Shown in pieces: positions 12,030 through 25,116 of a DNA stretch of 64,000 nt (positions are counted from its first letter, which is position 1; each line of letters starts with the position of its first letter). The position numbers were made by a program, and so were the translations under genes. The DNA comes from Octopus sinensis (Eukaryota). Location of the stretch: NCBI RefSeq assembly GCF_006345805.1, contig NC_042998.1, positions 43,400,001 through 43,464,000 of the forward strand. Reading direction: 5' to 3'. The notes below the pieces were generated by a model that made no database searches, was not told the DNA's origin, and saw only the letters and a program-made list of their open reading frames with translations.

Positions 12030-13490
12030 AAGATAGGCAATATAAATGCTTGTGGTCTTGGAGACACCTGCTCAATGACCTCAGGTCGCTACATTTGGAC
12101 GTGATAGCCGTCAGCGAAGTCAGGGTTTCCGACCCACGCACTTTTGCCCCCATTTTTGACGATTTTGAGATTTACGCATCTATTAGCTAGCCTGGAATGG
12201 GAGGCGGGATGGCACTGCTGCTCAGGAAAAGACTGGATCTCAAGGTACAGACAAAAGCCTCACAAACCTGTTCAGTCACTTCCAACTTGTTGACAAGTGC
12301 AGACTGGATTCCCTGGATGCGTCAATGTGGACTTGGGCAAATCGCATTGGGTCATCACGGTAATATTTAGATAGGTTGTTCTATAGGTCAATAGTTAAGG
12401 ATAGCATAGGATGTTCACAATTCAAAACTGTCGGCTACACAAACCACAAATTTGTGATATGTACGGTCGAATTAGAAAGGCTTCATAGGCAGGGACCTGG
12501 ATACTGGAAGCTGAATGCGTCCTTCTCGGCGCGCAAGCTTTCAGAAACCGGCTTAGCAAGTTAGACCATCGAAAGTTGATCGGTGCTGTTGTCAACAACT
12601 GATGGTGGGTAGCTCTGAAAAAGGCGATTAGAGTAGAAGCGTTTGAATTTAGCGGTAGTGAAGTCTAGAGTAGAGGGAGACCGAGTTAGGAAATTAGAAG
12701 AGACACTTATTAAATGCATAGCGACCGACGTGCTGACGGCGAGATTGGCACTTGTCCAATTCTTCAACTCTAAGCATGAAGGTTGTGTTGTCAGAGCTAG
12801 GGCGCGTGTTCTAAAATATGAGGGAACGAAAGCTGTTCGAAAGGTCTGGGTGGCTGAGGCATAACGTGGCAACAAAACTACAAGTTGGTCTTTGACGTTG
12901 CGGACGGGCGCATGACAGACGAGTCCAAGCAGGTGTGTGCGGAATTTCGGCAGCACTTCACTGAACTGTACGGGGCGCATGGCGGCACGGAGTGAAGTTG
13001 GGTTTCGTCTCCTACTTCGATGGCTTGCCGCGGCTCTGAGTTCTGCGAAATGCCGATAACAGCCGAAGATATTCGTGAAGCGATGTCTAGCTTCACAAGA
13101 AACAGGTCTCCGGGTTTGGATGGTCTGCCCGTCGAGCTTTATACTCATATGCCAGACTTGTTCGGTAAGCTCTTGGTAGATGCCTACTGCAATCGGCAAC
13201 AGAACGGGAGAATTCCCACTTCAGTGAGCCGAGGTGTAGTGATGTTGAGAAACGACCCGAACAAGGGGTACGTTATCGATAACTTTAGGCCCGTAACTCT
13301 GCTAAACACAGATTACAAGATTTTGGTCAAGGTCCTAGCGAAGAGGTTGGCGTTTGTCGTTGCTAGACTGGTCGGTGATACGCAAACATGCACTATCCCA
13401 AACAGATCTATCAACGATAACCTCCACCTCACGCGAAACATCATGGAGAGGGTAGCTAAAGAACCTGACATTGGTGGGGTCGTGATCAGG
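12030..13490 (+). mobile_element. Tx1/L1-clade LINE ORF2 remnant (APE endonuclease plus N-terminal RT), frameshifted
   Basis: Motifs NACGL, DVIAVSE, GPGYWKLNAS, RSPGLDGLPVELY and NFRPVTLLNTDYKILVKVLAKRL. Confidence 0.88.
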
Positions 13491-13672
13491 GATTTCGTTC
13501 GTCTCTACGTTCCGAGTTCAAATTTTGCCGAGATCGTATATCCCCTTTATCCTTTCGGGTCGATAAAATAAGTACCAGCTGAGTACTAGATTCGATATAA
13601 TCAGCTAAGTCCCTCCCACAAAATTGCTGACCTGCTAACATTTGAAGCCATTCTTCTTCTTCTTCTTCTTCT

Positions 13673-14085
13673 TGGCTGCGTGGTAAGTAGCTTGCTTACC
13701 AATCACATGGTTCCGGGTTCAGTCCCACTGCGTGGCATCTTGGGCGAGTGTCTTCTGCTATAGCCTCGGGCCGACCAAAGCCTTGTGAGTGGATTTGGTA
13801 GACGGAAACGGAAAGAAGCCCGTCGTATATATGTATATATTTATATATATATGTATGTATGTGTGTGTATATGTTTGTGTGTCTGTGTCCCCCTAGCATT
13901 ACTTGACAACCGATGCTGGTGTGTTTACGTCCCCCGTCACCTAGCGGTTCGGCAAAAGAGACCGATAGAATAAGTACTGGGCTTACAAAGAATAAGTCCC
14001 GAGGTCGATTTGCTCGTCTAAAGGCGGTGCTCCAGCATGGCCGCAGTCAAATGACTGAAACAAGTAAAAGAGTAAAGAGAAAAAA
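13673..14085 (+). mobile_element. tRNA-derived SINE (family A)
   Basis: Head TGGCTG.GTGGTAAG...GGTTCAGTCCC, internal (AT)/(GT) microsatellite, 3' end ACAAGTAAAAGAGT. Many copies in the window. Confidence 0.88.
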
Positions 14086-14136
14086 GTATTATTAAGGCGG
14101 CATGCTGGCAGAATCGTTAACACACCAGACAGAATA

Positions 14137-14428
14137 GGGCCCAGTTAGAATTTTCTTCAGGTTGAGTAGCCCATCCCGCTCAAACGGTCCCTGAATAAGG
14201 GTTGTTTAAGGATGTTGAAAGAACCACCCATGTTTCCAGAGGTGAACTATTCAAACCCCAAAGAATCCCTCTCAACACATGGCTATGATGCTCCCCCACT
14301 ACTTCTGCTCGTGATCAGAGATGCACATATCGTCAGCCACTAAGGGACATGCTCAACTGGTTAAGGTCAAACAACTGACAAGCAAATCTGTGGTATTGAG
14401 CAGAATATTTGCTGTAGCCCATCTTTTA
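14137..14428. mobile_element. Partial copy of the 9288-9615 MITE
   Basis: Shared internal sequence and right TIR. Confidence 0.75.
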
Positions 14429-14455
14429 TACCAAGACAAAACAATGTACATGATA

Positions 14456-14457
14456 AC

Positions 14458-14545
<88 letters not shown>

Positions 14546-14577
14546 CATCATCATCATCATTATTATTATTATTATTC
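14456..14577. repeat. (ATT)n microsatellite
   Basis: Direct reading. Confidence 0.95.
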
Positions 14578-15009
14578 TATGTTTGACTTTTGCTTTACAT
14601 TTGCACAAGCTGGATCCAAGTCACACCCAGAGACCTCAAGAGACAACAAATTGGAAGTTCATGTTTCCAGCTGATTATTATTTGTAGTGTACAGTTTTAG
14701 ATCAATCACATATAAGAGCTGCTGATTGTTTTGCCGTAACACTTGTGCCCACATCCAGTTCTGTTTAGCATCTATATATATAAAACTGAGAATGTGTGTG
14801 TGTGTGTGTCTGTCTGTCTGTCTGTGTGAATCCCTAAAACTTGAGAACTACACAACCAATTTCATTCAAATTTTACACATGCCCATGTAGTATCATGGGC
14901 AAAAAATGTTTTAACTTTTTGCCTAATGCGAGCCCACAGCAATATTATATCTTCTCCACTATTTCAATATTACGTGTCAAAAGTGAAACAAAAACATCTC
15001 TCTATTGTA

Positions 15010-15200
15010 ATGTCAGATGGAAGAGTCCAGGACTGGATGGGGTCCAAGGTTATTGGATAAAGAAGCTGAGAGGGTTCCATGAAAGGATAGCGCAACATCT
15101 AGATGAGTGATTGCAGGAAGGCACAGTACCCAGCTGGATGACAAAGGGAAAGACATTGTTATGTGCCAAGGATCCTGTAAAGGGAAATTTTGCATCCAAT
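15010..15200 (+). mobile_element. R4/Dong-like RT fragment
   Basis: [16 protein letters not shown] and GTVPSWMTKGKTLLC. Confidence 0.65.
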
Positions 15201-15530
15201 AACGCCTATTCTAATTTGCTAGCCAGTTCACTCCCTAATCTATTCCTTTCTGTTGCTAACTCTCTGCTAAACGCTATCAATTCTTTTCTAGTCGCCCGCT
15301 TTCGAGTGAGCCTCCACCAGTTGTTGACGATTACCCCTGTCAACTGCCGTTTAACTAATTCCCTAATCCATTCCCTGTAGTCTTTGTGTGCCGATAAGGA
15401 CGTGATTAACTTCCAGTATATGGGTTCCTGTCTACGGGTCCTATCTAACTCGACTGTGGAGATCACAAACTTGTGGCCTGTGTAGCTGATCAAGATTTCA
15501 GATTTTGGCATCAGGCTTGAGCTTTCGGGA
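15200..15530 (-). mobile_element. Tx1-like LINE fragment
   Basis: GHKFV...ELDR...QEPIYWKLITS, homologous to 12430-12640. Confidence 0.65.
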
Positions 15531-15974
15531 TACAATCGAGCCCTAGTACTTGACTGGTGTCTTATTTCATTGATTCCGAAAGGATGTATATCAAAGATTA
15601 CAAGGTCGGAATTTGAATGCAAGGAGTCGAAAGAAATATCGCTGAGTATTTTAACTGTGCAAACGAACTAAAGAATTTAATTTATGGAACATTCAGCTTC
15701 TATTTCTAGCGGGTTGTTTGACTACGAAGAAGCATCCTCGTTAGTTTCTGATAATGTTGTCTTCTATGTTGCAGCGTAAAGTAGAATCACGGTGAGTCTC
15801 TTATCGGACGATTAATACAAGGGAGATAATGATTGCTTCCTAATATTTGATGGGATTAGAAGTTCGAACACGTATTTAATTTTGTTGTTGTTTACTTATT
15901 AGGAAGTTCTTAAAATTTCTAGAATATTAACATAAAAAGGGAATATATATTTATGTGTGTGTGTCTGTGCGTGA

Positions 15975-16017
15975 ATGAGAGAGAGATAGATAGAGAGATA
16001 GAGAGAGAGCGGGAGGG

Positions 16018-16059
<42 letters not shown>

Positions 16060-16175
16060 ATTGAGAGAGAGAGAGAGAGAGAACGGGAGGGATTGAGAGA
16101 GAGATAGAGAGAGAGAACGGGAGGGATTGAGAGAGAGAGAGAGAGAGAGGGAGGGATTGAGAGAGAGAGAGATAC
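15975..16175. repeat. (GA)n tract punctuated by five GGGAGGGATT units
   Basis: Direct reading. Confidence 0.9.
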
Positions 16176-16381
16176 AGAAAGAGCAACATTTTGCAATCAA
16201 GCGAATTGAAAATAAGCTTTCCATGAGTTGTGACTGAGCCACGTTTGCTTACGTTGATTTTCAAATTTGGATTGATATTACTTCCTTCTGTATACATAAA
16301 AAACAAACTTTTAGAAAAAAACACGAAAGCAACAGAAAATAATATCAATTGTGCTGTAAAATTGCAACGAAATATTACATA

Positions 16382-16597
16382 TGAGGGGATGCTGAAAAGT
16401 TCCTGGTTTTAAGGGTATCACGAAAGGCCTAGTTGGAGGCCCAACCTTCCGAGTTCTTTTTACAGAGCTTAGAAAAACTGAAGGACCGATTCAAAAAATT
16501 TGTGAATCTGAGAGGGGAATACTTTGAATCGAATTATAACTAACTGATCCTCCTGTATTTCCTTTACCCAAATCCAGGAACTTTCGGCACCCTTTCG
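16382..16597 (+). mobile_element. Mariner-derived MITE (~215 bp)
   Basis: Imperfect TIRs (GAGGGGATGCTGAAAAGTTCCTGG / CCAGGAACTTTCGGCACCCTTTCG), TA flanks, and a second copy at 62010-62226. Confidence 0.72.
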
Positions 16598-16829
16598 TAT
16601 ATACGTATTAATAATAAAGTACAATTCGCTTAAATACAGAGTTAACAAGTGCTAATACAAAATAATTGTATTCAAGCAACATATTGCCTTTGTTATAGCC
16701 TATACTTCAAACACATGAGAAGATATAATTATTTTGTCCATATTAAGAAGACTTCTAAGTGGTTCTGAAGTGTTTCTGACACACACGCTATTTTTAGTTT
16801 ATATTTAACAAAGCATTACACTGTTTCCT

Positions 16830-17554
16830 TTACAGCTGCACGTTAAAAGTCGGACGTCGTTCCTAAATATTCAATGTTTGATATTCGCACCGGAGGCTCC
16901 AATACGGACATTTCAGAGTGTGCGAGTGTCAATCTAAGGACACTGCAGTCTGAGGACATGTTCCGTGAATGATAAAAATCAAACATCCAGTCAATATCAT
17001 GGTGTTTGGAGTGATCACTAGTGATGGCTAAGTTATGCCTACATTCATCTCCTCACACGGCTTCAGACTCAACACGGAGGCCTACATCAAATGCCTGGGA
17101 TAATAGTGCTACCCTGGGTCTAGAGGGTGGCTGCTGGAAGACCCTATGTCTGGCAACAGGACTCTTCACCATGTCACACAAGCAGGAGAACCCTCTCATG
17201 GCTGTCTGCGACCACATCACCCCCAACATCTGGCCAGCTAAATCCTCAGACTACAACCCACTTGACTATTATATGTTGGGTGCACTTGAGTGGGAGACCA
17301 ACACCAAAGATGACCTGAAGGCAAGGATTATGACAGCATTCACAAACTTAAACAAGGAGACCGTCTAGAAGAGGTGCAAGAGATTCCGAAGTCGTCTGGA
17401 GGGTGTGGTTGAAGCCAATGATGATTTTATTGAATAAATTGACTCTTTAGTATTTCAAGATATTTTTTATGTAATTTTGGTAAATATATCTGTTAAAATG
17501 AGATGCCAGTATTATTTTCATTTTTGCGTAATTTAGAGGAGAGTTCACTCACCG
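16830..17554 (+). mobile_element. Tc1/mariner (maT-like) transposase remnant
   Basis: VFGVITSDG, RPYVWQQDS.PCHT and DYNPLDYY in broken frames. The 3' part recurs at 58445-58705. Confidence 0.75.
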
Positions 17555-17581
17555 TATATATATATATATATATATATATAT

Positions 17582-17738
17582 GAGTCACCACACACATTTT
17601 TTCTCTCCTTGTTTTTTTCTGTGTCACTTTCTGTAGAAGAGCGTAGGGTCGAAACGTAAAAGACTTTTTCTATTCCTGAGCGTTATACTAATACATCTGC
17701 TTGTTTTGTACACCACCTGTTTTTTTTTCGTAAACTCT

Positions 17739-17741
<3 letters not shown>
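17582..17741 (+). mobile_element. Small (TA)n-flanked element with an ultra-minimal HHR-like motif
   Basis: CTTT CTGTAGA A GAGC GTAG GGTC GAAACGT A AAAG at 17627-17662. An inverted copy lies at 45146-45335. Confidence 0.55.
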
Positions 17742-17806
<65 letters not shown>

Positions 17807-18394
17807 GTTTATGTGTGTGTGTGTGCATGTCTCTGTGTGTGTGCGTGTGTATGCTTGTACATGCATGAGCTTTTTTTCCCGATGGTTCAGACTCCTTCAG
17901 AAACTTTTAATGAATAAAGATTTCATAAATAGGCAAGGCAAGAAGGCTTTAAGGCGGCGAGCTGGTAGAATCGTTAGAGCATCGTATAAAATGCCTTGTT
18001 GTATTTCTTGTTCTTCATTGCATACTGAATACAAATCCCATCGAAGTCAACTTTGTCATTCATCCCCTCGGGGTCGATGAGATAAAGTAACTTTGAAGTG
18101 CTAGGGTCAATGTAACAACTTGTCTACTGCTCCACTCATCTCAGACTTTGCCGGCTTTGTAACAAAATTAAAAAAGAGTAACTAAGCAAAGCATATTATG
18201 ATAATTGACACTTATTATGATAATAGGATTGGTGTGGCCTAAATTTTGATAAATGTGACTATGCAGTTAGTTGGCAAAGGTTTATTGGGACGTTAACCAC
18301 TCATCAAGTGTCAGATAATAATATTTCGTGACAATTTGCAATGCCGTCCTTATTAACAAACCATTCTAAGTTTTATAACTTCTATATAGCTGCA

Positions 18395-18548
18395 GGAGTG
18401 GCTGTGTGGTAAGTAGATTGATTACCACCCACATGGTTCCGGGTTCAGTCCCACTGCATGACACCTTGGGCAAGTGTCTTCTACTATAGCCTCGGGCTGA
18501 CCAAAGCCTTGTGAGTGGATTTGGTAGACGGAAACTGAAAGAAGCCCG

Positions 18549-18599
<51 letters not shown>

Positions 18600-18919
18600 T
18601 CAGCCGAAATTGCGAGGATGATCCGTTCTTGACTGAAGATTGAAGGCTTCGAATGTCCCGTCCGTGTTTCTTGTATCGTCTTCTAAATGTTTTGCGTTCT
18701 TGTCCCAGTTTGTATTTTTTTACATATATGTATATGTGACCGCGTGTGTACCGTTGGCGATTTTTTTCCTCTGTCTTCCCTTCTCCTATGTTTCCGACGA
18801 AGAGCTCCGCTCGAAACGTTAAACCTGAGAGTCCAATAATACTATATTTGTTCCACGTCCTCGCGTTGTTGTGTTTTTTTGTGCTTTCTTGTTTGGATTA
18901 ACTTTATATATATATATAA

Positions 18920-19018
<99 letters not shown>

Positions 19019-19193
19019 TCCACCAACATCACTTGACAACTTATGCTGGTGTGTTTCCGTCACCGCAACTTAGCGGTTCGGCAAATGAAATCAATACTAG
19101 GCTTACAAAGAATAAGTTCTGGGGTCGATTTGCTCGACTAAAGGCGATGCCCCATCATGGCCGCAGTCAAATGACTGAAACAAGTAAAAGAGT
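18395..19193 (+). mobile_element. Family A SINE split by an insertion in its internal microsatellite
   Basis: 5' half at 18395-18548 and 3' half at ~19012-19193. Confidence 0.75.
18598..18830 (+). mobile_element. Probable Penelope-derived 3' fragment ending in an HHR-like motif
   Basis: Begins TCAGCCGAAATTGCG after (TA)n, as does the copy at 41957. Ends GTTT CCGACGA A GAGC TCC GCTC GAAACGT T AAAC. Confidence 0.5.
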
Positions 19194-19747
19194 ATAACTA
19201 TACACTACAAGTGTTGGCTTCAGGTTAGTACTCATTATAACAAGTTTAAAAAAATCTAGTGAGGTATTCTCATCTGATCCGTTGAACCCCCCCCCCATGG
19301 CTTCAACACACTTTCCATCTAACAAATTCACTCACACGGCATTGGCCAGTCCAAGGTTAAAGTAGAAAAGCCTTGCTCAAGGTGCCGCGCAATGGAACTG
19401 AATCCGAAACAACGTGGCTGTAAAGTGATCTCTCATAACCACGAGAGATTGAGTTAAGTAAAACCAAAACGAATTATATTTAAACTCTGGGACAGAAAAA
19501 GACAAGACAGAATGATGCTGGTATTTTATTTAGTGACCAACAATTTCTACCATCCGCCAATTGTGCAAGCCTATACATAGTCAATCGTCTTGCTGGAAAT
19601 AGCAGCGAGCTGTTTCTGAAATTCCATCAAACTGTTTGAAACAAGGAAATGATATTTTAAACGTTACAGTTGAAGTGCCTTTGATCATAGATGTGTCCTT
19701 TCAGTCTGGTCCATGCTACACAAAACACACAGACAGCCAGACAGACA

Positions 19748-19788
<41 letters not shown>

Positions 19789-20099
19789 ACACACACACAC
19801 ACAACAAAAACATATATATATAAAACAATTCCCTTCTGGAATAATGGTTCTCGAAGCACATCACATACAGCTACGTTTGCAACCCAATATTTAAATGCTA
19901 TTCTTTCTTTATAACTGTATGCGATATGCTCCGAGAACTGTTTTTCCCAAAAAGAATTATTTGAGATTCTCTTGAAAGTCTATAAAATTCTTATGATGTC
20001 AACAACATATATATATGTTCATATACCTGTCTGCCCCTTTTGTTTTTCTATAATTTCAACTATATATATGTGTATATATATGTATGTATATATATGGAA

Positions 20100-20482
20100 T
20101 GGAAGCACTCCGTCGGTTACGACGACGAGGGTTCCGGTTGATCCGATCAACGGAACAGCCTGCTCGTGAAATTAACGTGTAAGTGACTGAGCACTCCACA
20201 GACACGTGTACCCTTAACGTAGTTCTCGGGGATATTCAGCGTGACACAGAGAGTGACAAGGCCGGCCCTTTGAAATACAGGTACAACAGAAACAGGAAGT
20301 AAGAGTGAGAGAAAGTTGTGGTGAAAGAGTACAGCAGGGATCACCACCATCCCTGCCGGAGCCTCGTGGAGCTTTAGGTGTTTTCGCTCAATAAACACTC
20401 ACAACACCCGGTCTGGGAATCGAAACCGCGATCCTACGACCGCGAGTCCGCTGCCCTAACCACTGGGCCATTGCGCCTCCAC
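20100..20482 (-). mobile_element. tRNA-derived SINE (family C, short alternative tail)
   Basis: Reverse complement of the 1722 copy up to CACGTTAAT, then a different tail. Confidence 0.87.
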
Positions 20483-20530
<48 letters not shown>

Positions 20531-20614
20531 GTATGGGCATATATACATACATATATGCGTGTGCATATATATAATATAAATATATATATGTATATATATA
20601 AATATATATATATG

Positions 20615-20663
<49 letters not shown>

Positions 20664-20670
20664 GTATATG

Positions 20671-20721
<51 letters not shown>

Positions 20722-20742
20722 ATATATATATATATATATATA
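20483..20742. repeat. Compound (AT)n/(TATC)n microsatellite
   Basis: Direct reading. Confidence 0.95.
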
Positions 20743-21694
20743 TACCGGACATATCATCAGTGAGGTTTCCTGAAGTCATTAACTGTTTCAGGCCTTTCAG
20801 CATCAGATAGCCTACCCCAAGGTAACCCAACCTGGGTTAATCAAATCTCATCTCATATTATGTACAGTGATATACATTTATTATAGTATATTGCCGAAGT
20901 TATAAATGAAAACTTTAATCCCCTCATCAATAGAACCTCGGACCGTGGGTCATCGGACGATATACATCACTCTTCTGGCTGGCATGTGTACCGTCGTCAA
21001 TGATATCCTAATATGTAAAGAGCACAGCCTCCATATGTACATATATGTTTAAACACACCTCGCCTCTTGAAAATAAGTTTTGACTCTACCCACTTACGTC
21101 AAAGTAGTAGTAAATTGTTATTATTTGTTGTAGCCAGTATACTTAGAGCAGACGCTGACCAGAGGAGTGTCACAATGTAAGTATATCCTAAAAAATATGT
21201 TAATTGTTGTTTATAGAAACTCAAAACAATAATTAGCGTTGCAATTTCTGAACTAAATTGGTTTTAGTTAAGAGAATTATTTAATTTGCTATTTGATATT
21301 TTATTAAATTTTTTTAATTGAAAGATTCTATAGAAAGTTACATATATATATATTTTTAATAACGGTTTGAAATTTTGGTACAATGCCAGCGATTTTTAAG
21401 GTTAAGAATATGGAGATTACATCGATCCTGTGTACAACTGGTACTTATTCTATCAACCCTTTACGGATGAACGGCTAAGTCGATCCTGCGGGTATATCTT
21501 TCTTTAATAATGATTTCATTTATTTTTTTAATATGATTTCATATAATAAGGATTTAAACATGGCTACTATGAGGATAATATCGCTAAACTAACTGGGTTT
21601 GTTTCACAAATGTACCAACATTATTCTACTATATTTCTTTCTACACACAATTTATATACACATCTATTTATCTATAATGCAGAGAGAAAGAGTA

Positions 21695-21729
<35 letters not shown>

Positions 21730-22569
21730 TAGAGAGAGAGACAATTAGACGGACAGACAGAAAAAAATGAAAGAAAGAGAGAACGGCATGTGTATATGCA
21801 TATGCTTCTATGGGTGTGTTTAGGGGGGTTAGCATGTGTAATTACAGTGTTTACATAATATAGTTATAAACGCATCATAAATTATGCAAATAACATATTT
21901 GTGTGTTTCGGGAGATTAATATATCCTTTCTGTTATAAACACAAAGGCTGACATTTTTGGGAGGAGGGGGCAAGTCGATTACATCGACTCCAGTGTTTCA
22001 CTGGTACTTAATTTGTCCACCCCGAAAGGATAAAAGTCAAAGTCAACCTCGGCGGAATTTGAATCTAGAACGTGAAGACAGACGAAATAGATTAATATAT
22101 ATAATTACAACATTTACATTTACATATCATACATCCACAAATTATCCCAAATTGAGCAAATGACATATTTAGAAGCGTAATTAAAGTTTAGAAGCTGCGA
22201 ATTATAGCCTAGGGATGTTTTTAATTATTGATATAGATAAAACAAATGGAATTATATCTGATTAGTTAGAAATATATGTTATTATTATATAAAGTTCTGA
22301 GTTCTAATTTCGTCTCAGTTACTAAGCCTTTCATCCTTTCGAAGTGAAGTACTGAGGTCGATATAATCTACTATCAACCATTCTCCTTTAAGATTTCAAG
22401 CATTCTACCTATATTAGAAAACGTCATACATAACCCTATTTATTTGATCTACTTAAATATCCATTGAAATGCTGTTTTATTTGAATTGTTTAATTACTGT
22501 TATATATTTTATTTAAACAATTTGTTGTAATAGACTAAAGTATTAAACTTACCACACAGCCACGCCTAC

Positions 22570-22850
22570 GTAGCTATGTGGTAAGAAGCTTGCTTTCCAA
22601 AAACATGGTTCCGAGTTCAGTCCCGCTGCGTTGTGTGTGTATTTGTGTCCGATTGTCCCTCACCACCGCTTGACAACCGGTGCAGGTGTGTTTACGTACC
22701 CGTAGCCTAGCGTTTCGGCAAAAGAGGCGGACGGAATAAGTACAAGGCTTAAAAAACAACGAAAGTCTTGAAGTCGATTTGTTCGACAAAAAAACCCTTC
22801 AATGCAGTGCCCCAGCATGACCGCAGTCAAATTACTGAAACGGATAAAAA
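22570..22850 (+). mobile_element. Family A SINE with internal deletion
   Basis: Head and 3' half match 13673-14085. Confidence 0.7.
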
Positions 22851-22907
22851 ATAGAAGAATTGTAAATTCGGTAATATTACACATAGTGTACACACACACA
22901 CACACAC

Positions 22908-22964
<57 letters not shown>

Positions 22965-23048
22965 CATTGTTGTTAGCATCATTAATATCAAACCTTACTG
23001 TGCAAGCACATGTCCGGTAGATTTGAATCAGGCATCATCCGTACGCGT

Positions 23049-23410
23049 TAAGGCGGTGAGCTTACAGAAACGTTAGCACGCCGGACGAAATGCTTAGCAA
23101 TATTTCGTCTGCCGTTACGTTCTGAGTTCAAATTCCGCCGAGGTCGACTTTGCCTTTCATCCTTTCGGGGTCGATAAATTAAGTACCAGTTACGCACTGG
23201 GGACGTTGCAATCGACTTAATCCCTTTGTCTGTCCTTGTTTGTCCCCTCTATGTTTAGCCCCTTGTGGGCAATAGAGAAATAAGAATCTTTAGCGCGCCG
23301 GACAAAATTCTTAGCAGTGTTTCTCCCGGCTTTACGAACTGAGTTCAAATTTCGCCGAGGTACCAGTTGAGCTCGATGTAATCAATTAGCACTCCTACTA
23401 CCAAATTTTC
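23049..23410 (+). mobile_element. Family B SINE with partial second body unit
   Basis: Matches the reverse complement of 11135-11538. Confidence 0.82.
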
Positions 23411-23966
23411 AAGGCTTGTACGTAGAGTACAAATAAGGTTTGGGACGTATTTAAATATACTTAAGTTAATATATTTAGATATGTTTTAGACTCCTGCTGA
23501 AGACTCTTAGTTATTGTGTGTATATATTTTCCCCCTTTTGGCTAGTCAAAAGATGAGAGGTACTCTACTCAATAACTTTGTAGGATCTCTCAGATCGGTA
23601 AGATATGTACTGTTGCTGTTTCGTTTGAACGTATATGGGTTGACGTCTGCATAAACGACGTCGGCAAGGAAAATATCTGGAGAATGCTTGAGGAAGTGTG
23701 TTTGTTGCGGATTGAGAGATGCGAGAGATGCGGAAGCGGAAGAAAAGCGGATGTCGGATAAACCTGTATGTACAAACATATACTTAAAGTCTCCAAACTG
23801 CTGCTTAACATTTAACACGAAAAGAAAAAAAAACAACGCGAACAAAATTATATTATAGATAAAATTCGCTTAAAAATAAGGTGTTCCTTGATGATTAAAC
23901 TTCATTGCTTTATTTGTTTTTGTTTTTAATTAATTCAATATCAAGATGCTTTTTTTCTTATTTTAG

Positions 23967-25116
23967 GGGTGTTAAAACAGTGAAAGTTTTAAAAAGATGG
24001 TTTCTTGGCAGCGGAGATGATGACCTCGTCGATAAATTAAGCCATATATATACAGTTACTGCGCTTTTTATATTTACTGTTGTTGTAAGTTCTGGCACTT
24101 ATATAAAACATGGTATCAGTTGCTGGAGGCCAGTGTTATTACGGTCATCAGACCGTCAATTTATGGAAAGTATGTGCTGGACTGGTACTTTGTACTATGT
24201 ACCTGATGACAAGAAACTAAGTGAAAAGGAACACACTACTATGATCCATTATCATCTCTGGATTCCTATAATTCTATTATTCCAAGCATTTTTATTCAAG
24301 GTCCCCAATTATTTCTGGGTAATGATGAATAAAACTTCTGGGCTGAATGTTAATAAATTAGTTCAACTTACAAATGATCTTCAGATGGTGTCAGAAAATG
24401 AACGAAATGAATACATTCAGCAAATGGCTTCTTATATTCACAAATGGATTATGGTTAACAGGAGATTGGAAAATGTACGACAGATATCCAAGGGAAAAAT
24501 TAGCATTTTCCATATATTCACTATAAATAAGCATCGAGGTACATATCTGTCTGGAATTTATCTTATTAGCAAAATATGGTACACGCTGAATGCCATATGT
24601 CAATATTTCTTACTCTCGTTTTTACTAAAGTTAAACTTTACTGCATTCGGTTCAAAACTGCTTCAAGACTCCAACTCAACAAAACATTATTTCCCTAAAG
24701 ATGCTTACTGTAACTTCCAAGTAAGACATCAAGATATAAATCTAACCTTGAAGGCTAGATGTTTACTTCCGATTAATGTTCTTAATGAGAAGATTTTCAT
24801 CTTTCTATGGTTTTGGTTCAGTTTTATTGCTGTTTTAAGCTGTTTAAGCTTACTTCTTTGGCTGTACAGACTACTTGCAAGGCAGAGCTATATTAATTAC
24901 TTTTTCAGATTCCTAAAATCCAAAGGCTATGGAGCAACAAGAATGGATAAAATAGAATGTAAAAGTTTCACCGATGAATATCTTAAAAATGATGGAATAC
25001 TGGCTTTAAGAATTGTTGGGAAAAACTCATCATATTTTGTGTTGTCTGATTTAGTGGAATATTTATGGAATGCTAGAACAGCTGAAAATAATCATGGCAA
25101 TACAAGTAAATTTTAA
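23967..25116 (+). CDS. Innexin (gap-junction/pannexin family), main coding exon; 5' exon not located
   Basis: DDDLVDKLSHIYT, EL1 Cys (ISCW, MCW), HYHLWIP...FKVPNYFW, EL2 FPKDAYCNF...CLLPINVLNEKIF, and four hydrophobic segments. Acceptor TTTTTTCTTATTTTAG ends at 23966 (phase 2). Stop at 25114-25116. Confidence 0.95.

Noticed and set aside
23546-23845. 99-aa minus-strand ORF as a terminal exon of another gene
   Set aside because: No recognisable homology, all three minus frames are largely open here, and no partner exons were found.
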